Positions 57,000-64,000 of a stretch of 64,000 bases of DNA are shown here, in pieces. Position 1 is the stretch's first letter, and each line of letters opens with the position of its first letter. This DNA comes from a virus. The stretch lies in IMG/VR virus record IMGVR_UViG_3300042546_000155; one strand, 5' to 3'. The notes beneath the pieces were generated by a model that made no database searches, was not told the DNA's origin, and saw only the letters and a program-made list of their open reading frames with translations. Made by a program: the position numbers and the translations under genes.

Positions 57000-57716
57000 T
57001 CATAGTCCCATTTCAGTTTTTTGAATGATATATTCTTTAACTGTACCAGAACGAACAATGTCTTCAATACCAAATTCGATATGGTCGAATGATGACATAC
57101 GGCGAGTTATTGCCATCAGTTCTCTAATACCAGTCTTGTCATGTGGTTTGTGTAGATCACTCTGACGGTAATCACCACAAAAGACGATACGAGAGTTGGT
57201 ACCTATACGGGTCATAACAGTATCGATTTCTTGGAAGTTCATGTTGTTACATTCGTCAACGATGATAATGGAATCATTGAAGGTCGTACCACGGAGGAAC
57301 GATGTAGTGGTGAACTCGACCATTCTTTTCATCTTTAGTATCTTCCAACCATCACCACGACCAAATAGATCGTCACAAATTTCCTGATAGGGTTGTTCGT
57401 AAACTTCCGCTTTCTGTTTTTCCGAACCGGGCAAGAAGCCCATGTCTCTTGATGGAACTACCGAACGGATGATAACGACCCTCTTATATGTCTCCTCGAT
57501 TAGCACCTCCCTTAGTGCAAGATATGATGATAGAAAAGTTTTACCGGTGCCGGCATAACCATGTAGCATGAGATTTGAACCGGCTTCGTAGGCGTCCCAT
57601 ACTCTCTGTTGATTGACAGTGAGTGGCTTAATGTGACGAAGTTCGAAGTGGTTTCTCTCAGCCTGATTTTGAGGCTGATGCTGTTGTTGGTTATTTCTTT
57701 TCGACTTTCTTGACAT
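57000..57716 (-). CDS. phoH: PhoH-family ATPase (likely start MSRKSK at 57716)
   Basis: GYAGTGKT; RS.VPSRDMGFLPG; SFLRGTTF..SIIIVDE.NN; CGDYRQSDL; DIVRSG.V. Confidence 0.95.
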   Translation of the reverse strand: MSRKSKRNNQQQHQPQNQAERNHFELRHIKPLTVNQQRVWDAYEAGSNLMLHGYAGTGKTFLSSYLALREVLIEETYKRVVIIRSVVPSRDMGFLPGSEKQKAEVYEQPYQEICDDLFGRGDGWKILKMKRMVEFTTTSFLRGTTFNDSIIIVDECNNMNFQEIDTVMTRIGTNSRIVFCGDYRQSDLHKPHDKTGIRELMAITRRMSSFDHIEFGIEDIVRSGTVKEYIIQKTEMGL

Positions 57717-57754
57717 ATATTTTACCTTATTGTTATCGTTATTCACATCTCCAT

Positions 57755-57794
57755 AAACAAAAGAGGTCGATGCCTTTTTACGGGCACGACCTCT
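57755..57794 (-). terminator. Terminator-like hairpin upstream of phoH
   Basis: AGAGGTCG-TGCC-loop-GGCA-T-CGACCTCT followed by TTTGTTT. Confidence 0.65.
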
Positions 57795-57825
57795 AAACTT
57801 TTTACTGTGATGTTCTGTTGTCAGG

Positions 57826-58089
57826 TTAAATCTCCTTGGGAATGTCCCAACGCTTGCTTGCAACGGCAGATGCCTCTGGCACAGCGGACTTGATTCGACC
57901 GAGAACATACTTTTGAAAATCTGCTGGCGGCTTTGTGATACCGACATTCACCGGATCAACCATTGTAAAGTTGCGTAGCACTTGACGAAGTTGGGGATTA
58001 TTCTTTTCAAACTCATCACGCTCGGCAATGGTCATTGTGTTGGTGAACTCCTCACCAGTCTCTTTATTTTCCCATGTGTAATTAGGCAT
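57826..58089 (-). CDS. FmdB-like regulatory protein (start MPNYTW)
   Basis: MP.Y.....TGE.F...M...E.DEF...P.L pattern; typically next to phoH in T4-like phages. Confidence 0.7.
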   Translation of the reverse strand: MPNYTWENKETGEEFTNTMTIAERDEFEKNNPQLRQVLRNFTMVDPVNVGITKPPADFQKYVLGRIKSAVPEASAVASKRWDIPKEI

Positions 58090-58282
58090 CAACATTGTCC
58101 TTTGGATCATAAAATTTATTGTTGTTTATTCCACCGTTCATGTTAGCACCGAGAAACATAGGTGCTGATAACAGTTTTTCTAGTTCAGGATGGTTTGTTA
58201 GAAACTCATCCAGTTCGGAGACAGACATGAAAACATCAAATGTCTCCCCGGTTTGCTTATCACGAAACGAATAAGTTGGCAT
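58082..58282 (-). CDS. FmdB-like regulatory protein, tandem paralogue (start MPTYSF)
   Basis: MPTYSFRDKQTGETFDVFMSVSELDEFLTNHPEL; GGAG SD. Confidence 0.7.
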   Translation of the reverse strand: MPTYSFRDKQTGETFDVFMSVSELDEFLTNHPELEKLLSAPMFLGANMNGGINNNKFYDPKDNVDA

Positions 58283-58284
58283 TG

Positions 58285-58830
58285 TTACTCCATAATCCAG
58301 TCTGGTGCGGTAGCTGGCGCTTTCCATGAATGAAGGTGTGCCTTGCCTACCTTGTAGTAGTTGCGATAGTTCACAACTGCGTCTTCCGATATGATGTATT
58401 TAGCATCCATGGCACTTGGAGGTTGTGTCTTATAGCCAACAGGAATGTTATTTGGCAGAGCAGCGAGGATGCCTTTAAGACCGCTTTCTTCGATCTTATG
58501 TACCTTGCCATAACGGCGAGTGTATTCACGACAATGCTCATCTAGATAACACCACAGCCAGTTGTAGTTGTTATTGGACTCACGAGCCCAAACGGCCGAC
58601 GGGTGATTGATATGCGTGGCAGAATACAAAGAAGTCTCACGACTATCAGATAAACGCCATCTTTTGACACTCCGACCGGTCTTCGTTTTGTCGGTATATT
58701 GAACGCCGTCAATAACACGGTGAGCAGTAGAAAGCAACTGTGCAGCCTCAAGAATCATCTTGACGACATGACGATCAACAGCCCACTGGGCGCACATTTT
58801 AGGATCAGAGTGAATATAAAAGATATTCAT
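58285..58830 (-). CDS. Pyrimidine-dimer DNA glycosylase family (DenV-like)
   Basis: MNIF....DP..CA....D.HVVKMILE.AQLLSTAH...TH.NHP...W...EY..RYGK.H...YR.YY...K. Confidence 0.8.
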   Translation of the reverse strand: MNIFYIHSDPKMCAQWAVDRHVVKMILEAAQLLSTAHRVIDGVQYTDKTKTGRSVKRWRLSDSRETSLYSATHINHPSAVWARESNNNYNWLWCYLDEHCREYTRRYGKVHKIEESGLKGILAALPNNIPVGYKTQPPSAMDAKYIISEDAVVNYRNYYKVGKAHLHSWKAPATAPDWIME

Positions 58831-59045
58831 CTTACGATACATCCTTTTAGGTCGGAGAGTAAACCATTTAGAACAGCCCGTGTAAAGGCATCTTCGTTAC
58901 CATTTAAAAGATTGTGAAGGTTCATGGCATAATAGGCTGCATTATCACCACGAATGAACACGCCGGGCCAGTCATCACCAATCTGGGTCGGACCGGTCTC
59001 TACTCGTTTGTCAAGTTCAACATCAATTTTACGAATCTCAGGCAT
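58827..59045 (-). CDS. Hypothetical protein (72 aa)
   Basis: RVETGP.Q.GDDWPGVFIRGDNA; coupled to neighbours. Confidence 0.7.
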   Translation of the reverse strand: MPEIRKIDVELDKRVETGPTQIGDDWPGVFIRGDNAAYYAMNLHNLLNGNEDAFTRAVLNGLLSDLKGCIVR

Positions 59046-59430
59046 AACGATCCTTTAGAAAGTTTTCCATGTAGTGACGGATATTTGCCGCACCGATAGG
59101 ATTGGCACTGTGAACATTATACGAGAAGCCATCTAGGTTGTCAACATTCTCCATGATCCAATCGCACAGCCACTTGGCGAAGTCATACCCGGTAAACTCA
59201 CGAGGCGCACCAGTGCGAGGTGCACCGTCCATATACTCGTCCATAGGACCGTATGCAGACTCCAGATTGTAATGAACATCTGCAAGGTCATGATCGAACG
59301 ATACATGATACGGAAGACCATAGTTCTTCACATACCAAACAGCATCATGATAGTTCCGTGCCAGGCGCCAATCTGAATCAAGATCAGGCAGATTGCGCAG
59401 GTCATCCAGATAGAGTTTATACATCATCAT
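59038..59430 (-). CDS. Cyclic-phosphate-processing receiver-like domain protein
   Basis: LYLDDLR...SFDHDL...TGYD.AKWL...VHSANP.G motifs. Confidence 0.75.
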   Translation of the reverse strand: MMMYKLYLDDLRNLPDLDSDWRLARNYHDAVWYVKNYGLPYHVSFDHDLADVHYNLESAYGPMDEYMDGAPRTGAPREFTGYDFAKWLCDWIMENVDNLDGFSYNVHSANPIGAANIRHYMENFLKDRYA

Positions 59431-59575
59431 AAAACATATCCCAGTAACCTTGATCCCAATAATTGGCGAGAGCGAGACTTACACCATCGTATGGATTATC
59501 CACTAGATTGATGCCATCTTCAAAATAAGCCTCACAACCTTCATTGTAGGCAATTTGTTTTAGTTCGTCGGTCAT
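59417..59575 (-). CDS. Small acidic protein with an Rmf-like pattern (52 aa; not in track)
   Basis: My translation: MTDELKQIAYNEGCEAYFEDGINLVDNPYDGVSLALANYWDQGYWDMFYDDV*; ATGA-coupled to the ligase. Confidence 0.6.
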   Translation of the reverse strand: MTDELKQIAYNEGCEAYFEDGINLVDNPYDGVSLALANYWDQGYWDMFYDDV

Positions 59576-60690
59576 AGGTCTCTCTTACCTTTCCAGAAAG
59601 CAACGACAACGGGGAAGCGGAGTTTGCCGTCTTCCGTTTTGTTCTGATACCGTACCGTTACGCTTGTATAACCATAATCATTATACAATAGGTCTTTAAG
59701 GAAGTCAAACTTCCCACGCACTCCTGCAAACTGTGTGGTTCCGTCTTTCAAACGGATTTCAATCCGCTTGACAGCACCTGCCCAATTGCCTTTACCTTCT
59801 TCCATAGAAACGATTTCAAATTCATCGTCCTCAAATTCCTTATGCTTGATAAGGTTCTTTGAACGCTTACCTTCATAAAGAGAGTCAGGAACACGAAGCA
59901 TTTGACCTTCATATCCTTCTTCAAGGTTCCAAGAAAGATTTTCCATAATTTGTTCTTCGCTTTCTGCAATTGTAGATTCTACAAAACGGATACATGGAGA
60001 AGGATGATCTTCCAACAAAACAGCACCTAAAAATTCTTTACGGTTCATAAAAGTCCAATTGCGATCATAATCAATCATATCATAAACATGATATTGGATC
60101 GTCTTTCTGGACTCTTCCAGATCATCAACAGTCGGTTTAGTCTTACGAGCAAGAGAAATAATCTTCTCAAAGTCGTTTTTTAGTTCATGATTATACAGTT
60201 CTCCATCAAGAACAATTTCGGGATATTCCCGAAAGAACGGTTCGAGTGCTTCATGAATATGAGGCGCAGAAAGAATAGGCTTGCCGTTGCGTGACTGCAT
60301 ACCGTCTTTTGATACGAGACAACGAACACCATCAAGTTTCGGCTGCGAGTAATAAGGGAACTTGTTATGCTTTGCAGGGTTATATTTGTCGGCAAGCATA
60401 CACTCAACGAACTTGGCACCATTCTTAGCCCAAGTGGTAGTCTGATGATACTTGCCTTGATATTCTTTCTTTGTGATTTCAGAAAGCACTTCTAACTCAA
60501 CCTGTTCTTTCACAGTGGTTGCGTTAGCACGACCGACATTCTTGGCCTCTGGATACTTCCACCCAGAAACTACAATCTTGCCATCTTTGATGCCGGAATG
60601 AGTGCGATACTTTGTATCGTCATACTCCATCCACCACACACGGGTGTTACCTTTAGAGTCAATCTTGTAAAGTTTCTGGGTGGCTTTCAT
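59572..60690 (-). CDS. gp30: ATP-dependent DNA ligase
   Basis: Motif I QPKLDGVR, III LDGELY, IIIa YHVYD, IV GYEGQMLR, V LIKHK, VI LRFP. Confidence 0.92.
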   Translation of the reverse strand: MKATQKLYKIDSKGNTRVWWMEYDDTKYRTHSGIKDGKIVVSGWKYPEAKNVGRANATTVKEQVELEVLSEITKKEYQGKYHQTTTWAKNGAKFVECMLADKYNPAKHNKFPYYSQPKLDGVRCLVSKDGMQSRNGKPILSAPHIHEALEPFFREYPEIVLDGELYNHELKNDFEKIISLARKTKPTVDDLEESRKTIQYHVYDMIDYDRNWTFMNRKEFLGAVLLEDHPSPCIRFVESTIAESEEQIMENLSWNLEEGYEGQMLRVPDSLYEGKRSKNLIKHKEFEDDEFEIVSMEEGKGNWAGAVKRIEIRLKDGTTQFAGVRGKFDFLKDLLYNDYGYTSVTVRYQNKTEDGKLRFPVVVAFWKGKRDL

Positions 60691-60699
60691 ATTATCCTC

Positions 60700-61527
60700 T
60701 TATGGTTTCAGGACACTACGCATAAAGTCGAGACCTTTCATTTCAAGGCTCGTATCTTTTAGTTCGTGGCCGCCGTCGAATGTATAGAACTTGTGATATA
60801 CACCGAGTTGATTCAACTTTGTTGCCACCATAACAGACTGTGCATAAGGCACAATATCATCTTTTGTTCCGTGTATGATACAAGTTGGAGGGAACAAAGC
60901 GGTGACTGCATAGATGGGCGAAGCAGATTGATACAGTCCGGGGTTTTGCTCATATGTTGTATTGTTGAACAGCGGCAAAACACCAATAAGGTCTTTCATC
61001 TTTGCTCCGCCAAGGTCGCAAGGGCCGAAAACATCAAGAATGCAACTTGCACTAGGGCTAAAATTAGAATGTAAATGACTCCTATCGCCGGGGATAGTAT
61101 TAGGATTAGCACCAACCATAAGCGCCAAATGACCACCGGCAGAATCACCTCCAACTCCAATGCGATTAGGATCGATACGAAAGTTGACAGCATTGGATCT
61201 TACCCATCTAATGGCATTTTGAACATCTTGAAACTGGGCTGGCCATTGCGTTGTCTTGTCCTCATATGTGGCAAGACGGTAGTTTATTGCAATGACATGA
61301 AAACCGGCCAGAGCATAGCGTCTAGCACGGCCCTCGTATGCGGATTTATCACCAGCAGACCAACCACCACCGTGGATAAACACAACCACAGGACGAACCC
61401 CTCGATTAAGGAGATAGAGGTCAGCGGTCTCCGATTTCGACACACCATATGGGATATCCTTATAAACTGTCCAGTTGGGTTTGATGATGTTAGAGAAGTA
61501 TGGAAGAATGTAGTTAAGTGGGTTCAT
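60700..61527 (-). CDS. Alpha/beta-hydrolase (HSL-family esterase/lipase)
   Basis: HGGGW oxyanion motif, GDSAGG nucleophile, HGTKDDIVP, GGH. Confidence 0.92.
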   Translation of the reverse strand: MNPLNYILPYFSNIIKPNWTVYKDIPYGVSKSETADLYLLNRGVRPVVVFIHGGGWSAGDKSAYEGRARRYALAGFHVIAINYRLATYEDKTTQWPAQFQDVQNAIRWVRSNAVNFRIDPNRIGVGGDSAGGHLALMVGANPNTIPGDRSHLHSNFSPSASCILDVFGPCDLGGAKMKDLIGVLPLFNNTTYEQNPGLYQSASPIYAVTALFPPTCIIHGTKDDIVPYAQSVMVATKLNQLGVYHKFYTFDGGHELKDTSLEMKGLDFMRSVLKP

Positions 61528-61549
61528 GATTGACTCCTTTCAATCTTAT

Positions 61550-61921
61550 CTAGCAATCCTCCGATAAGATTTCACGGCCAACATCAGGACCCCAATTTAC
61601 TTCCTTGCTTACCTGATCTTCCCGATGTTTAACACTATCGAAGATAAAACGCAACTTGTTTTCTGTTGGCCAGAAACTTAGATAAGCGTTTTCACGATCA
61701 AATAGTTCCAGATATTCTTTCTCCGTGATAACACGATGGGAAAAGATATCTTCCGCAATATGATTCTGTGATACTTCTTCTAGTTTGTCTTGATAAGTTC
61801 CGGCTGTAATAGCGTCGGTCACATCATCAAGAGCATAATCATTTGGCTCACTATCAGGTAGTCGCACAACATATGTGTGGCGGAATGTGGAAACAGTTTC
61901 GACTAGGACAAGTTTGGACAT
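61550..61921 (-). CDS. Hypothetical protein (123 aa)
   Basis: LVLVETVS.FR..YVV...ALD.V...E.SQ.H..E.I.S.R; GGAG SD. Confidence 0.7.
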   Translation of the reverse strand: MSKLVLVETVSTFRHTYVVRLPDSEPNDYALDDVTDAITAGTYQDKLEEVSQNHIAEDIFSHRVITEKEYLELFDRENAYLSFWPTENKLRFIFDSVKHREDQVSKEVNWGPDVGREILSEDC

Positions 61922-61925
61922 TATA

Positions 61926-62132
61926 TCAACTCCGTTCGATTAAGTCAAGTAGATTAGTTAGGAAACGTTCCTCTTGACTACACTGACCGACAATACCTTC
62001 CCACACAGGATCAATCTTTGCAGTCTGGGCAAAATCATGTTTGATACGCCGCAGATCGGCTAGTCTATTATAAATCTTTTCTTTGATTTCGATTAGTGCC
62101 ACATCGGCGCTTTTAGTTAGAAACTCTGTCAT
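61926..62132 (-). CDS. Hypothetical protein (68 aa)
   Basis: ATGA coupling, GAGG SD. Confidence 0.65.
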   Translation of the reverse strand: MTEFLTKSADVALIEIKEKIYNRLADLRRIKHDFAQTAKIDPVWEGIVGQCSQEERFLTNLLDLIERS

Positions 62133-62545
62133 TCTACCACCTCTAGTTTATCTTTATTTACTTTCAATGTCACTTTCTTAGCAGCATTGATATCACCACT
62201 CAATTTCGTATAGTCACGACCACCATCAATAGCAACTGGGCCGCACTCCCGATAATCGTGACGATAACGAGAATAATATACATCATCACCAATCTGAATG
62301 CCCTCGAAAGGTTCAGTGGCAGAGATACCATTGGTGATCATAAACTGTTCACCATTATTATACAAGGCAAAGTAGTTTGAACCCTGCGGGTGTGCTTCTT
62401 CTGTATAAAAGATAGCAGCAGGAAAGTTGGCCCAGCCATGCTTGCCTTTGATACAAGACTCCATAACGAATGTAGCCTTATACATATTCTCAACCTTAGC
62501 AATGCCATCAGGCTTTAGAAAGGTGCATTCATTATGGATTTTCAT
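62129..62545 (-). CDS. Hypothetical protein with S..RHDY...IDGGRDY motif
   Basis: Coupled ORF carrying a motif recurrent in phage proteins. Confidence 0.7.
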   Translation of the reverse strand: MKIHNECTFLKPDGIAKVENMYKATFVMESCIKGKHGWANFPAAIFYTEEAHPQGSNYFALYNNGEQFMITNGISATEPFEGIQIGDDVYYSRYRHDYRECGPVAIDGGRDYTKLSGDINAAKKVTLKVNKDKLEVVE

Positions 62546-62754
62546 TACTCACCTTTCAGGTTCAGATCGACATTGTTATTGCGGAAGTTATCAGTCATAA
62601 CATTATATTTGAAACAAGCCTGACTTTTCATGTCACCACTATTCACACAATCCATTTTCAACTGAAAATCATACCAAGCGCCAAATATAATGCAGCCGAA
62701 CATGACCGCAAAAAGAAGGCAGAGGAAGGCGAAGAACCAATCAAAGTGACGCAT
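62545..62754 (-). CDS. Small membrane protein
   Basis: One N-terminal hydrophobic helix; GGAG SD. Confidence 0.65.
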   Translation of the reverse strand: MRHFDWFFAFLCLLFAVMFGCIIFGAWYDFQLKMDCVNSGDMKSQACFKYNVMTDNFRNNNVDLNLKGE

Positions 62755-63100
62755 TTTTAACTCCGTCTATATGAGAACAGTGATTGCGATATTTGTATGC
62801 CGTGCAGGTGCATGAATAACGATTCAGCGGACCCGCAGTTACGACATATTTGCTATCCACGATTTTAACATTATCACTAACATTTGACCTGTCGACCCAT
62901 GCTTGGATAATGTTTCGCTTATCAAGTATGCGGACCGGTGCATCCATATCTCCAGTTGTTAGAAAGAACTCATTCTCGGATAGCCATGATTGACGAGGCA
63001 CTACCCAGCCCATATATACTACTTCTTTGGGGTAACGGTAAGTTGCTATGTGTGGATAGTCACACATAGCACTTCGATATTTTAATTTTAGATACGCCAT
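62741..63100 (-). CDS. SWIM zinc-finger protein
   Basis: C-terminal SCTCTAYKYRNHCSHI. Confidence 0.75.
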   Translation of the reverse strand: MAYLKLKYRSAMCDYPHIATYRYPKEVVYMGWVVPRQSWLSENEFFLTTGDMDAPVRILDKRNIIQAWVDRSNVSDNVKIVDSKYVVTAGPLNRYSCTCTAYKYRNHCSHIDGVKNASL

Positions 63101-63114
63101 ATGGCACTCCGAAA

Positions 63115-63702
63115 TTAAATGCCAAGAGCCTTGAGGTCAAGGCCTTCAATCGAGTCCCAATCACGATCAATGTTGAACGAAGTGCCAACTTCACCGCTAG
63201 TGCCGAAAGTCTCGGTCACATCGTCAAATTCACGGACATTCTTGGGCTTGAACTTAGCACCGACTGCCTTGAGCTTTGCAAGGTTAGCTGCCTTGATATC
63301 AGCAACGGACTTTTTAGCAGCGACCTTCTTAGGAGCAGCCGCAGCAGCCTTCTTAGCAGCAAATTCCTTGCTGGTCTTTGCGACAATCGTAGAAAGCTTA
63401 ACAGTCTTTTGCTTGGGAGCCTTAGCAGCCTTCGGAGCAGCAGCCTTACGGGCAGCGCCGTGGACAGTGTTACGAATAGCCTCAGCGTTAGAGGGTTCAG
63501 CGATTAGCGTATAAGACGCAACCTGGCGACCGTCTTTTTGCTTAGTGATGGTAAAGCCAAGCTTGCCGAGGTACCAGACATGCTTAGACGCATAATCGCC
63601 ATCGCCGACATGAGCATTAATCTCGGCCGGGGTAACGGGAACATTCATCTTGATAACCTGAAGGACCTTGACAACAGTAGGAGAGATAGTCAGATTTGCC
63701 AT
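63115..63702 (-). CDS. Putative DNA-binding protein: wHTH-like N-terminus plus Ala/Lys-rich histone-H1-like tail
   Basis: VTPAEI....GDYASKHVWYLGKLGFTI...VASYTL then AARKAAAPKAAKAPK...AAPKKVAAKK; GAGG SD. Confidence 0.65.
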   Translation of the reverse strand: MANLTISPTVVKVLQVIKMNVPVTPAEINAHVGDGDYASKHVWYLGKLGFTITKQKDGRQVASYTLIAEPSNAEAIRNTVHGAARKAAAPKAAKAPKQKTVKLSTIVAKTSKEFAAKKAAAAAPKKVAAKKSVADIKAANLAKLKAVGAKFKPKNVREFDDVTETFGTSGEVGTSFNIDRDWDSIEGLDLKALGI

Positions 63703-63734
63703 AGTTAAGACCTCGCTTTTTTGATTTATGCTCT

Positions 63735-63763
63735 ATTATAGGACAGTTTGGGACCCCTTGCAA
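63735..63763 (-). promoter_or_regulatory. sigma70-type early promoter TTGCAA-N17-TATAAT
   Basis: -35 at 63763-63758, -10 at 63740-63735. Confidence 0.75.
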
Positions 63764-63808
63764 GGGAAAAATGCCCGAAAAAGTGCGACATGATGACGCA
63801 CCCCTAGT

Positions 63809-64000
63809 CTATCGATTAGGTAGACTATTCAAGGCTTGGACTGGGCCATACCGGTCGTCCATGTCATAATACAGGGAATCGATAATCCCCCCGACCATGT
63901 CACGGTCGACCTTGAGAGCGGACCGGGCGTTTACATACTCGACCACATCGCCGAGATAATAAGCGCCAGCTTCAATAGCATCGCCCACGAGTTCCACGAT
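63809..64000 (-). CDS. Hypothetical protein, probably truncated by the window end
   Basis: Frame is open to the window edge. Confidence 0.5.
   Translation of the reverse strand: MVELVGDAIEAGAYYLGDVVEYVNARSALKVDRDMVGGIIDSLYYDMDDRYGPVQALNSLPNR

Noticed and set aside
57717-57947. 77-aa N-terminal extension of PhoH in the ORF track
   Set aside because: It overlaps the FmdB-like gene and a hairpin; an SD-preceded ATG at 57716 gives a normal-length PhoH.

Overview
This window is 64 kb of a T4-like (myovirus) phage genome. From 1 to 50.2 kb it is a virion morphogenesis region: tail sheath gp18 (partial), terminase gp17/gp16, gp15/14/13, several long repeat-rich fibre genes (three with S74 chaperone domains), a VrlC-like protein, and baseplate gp8/7/6/25. 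It continues with an apparently split gp5, hub, gp53, gp2 and gp4, then, on the + strand, gp48/54/26/51 and an 857-aa protein with two peptidoglycan-hydrolase domains. From 50.2 to 64 kb are gp32, gp59, gp33, an exonuclease, PhoH, a DenV-like glycosylase, DNA ligase, an esterase and many small genes. The standout is at 53.68-54.43 kb (minus strand, not in the ORF track): a circularly permuted, two-piece tmRNA gene of alphaproteobacterial type (G3-U70 acceptor stem, GGCAGUU T-loop, tag ANDNNAYEAFALAA*). Its normally short excised intervening segment is expanded to 492 nt and holds a complete HNH homing-endonuclease-like gene. That gene has its own T4 late promoter inside a hairpin that covers its ribosome-binding site. 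This looks like a homing endonuclease using tRNA-type processing, instead of a self-splicing intron, as its safe harbour. All protein calls come from motif recognition and T4-like synteny; no database searches were run.
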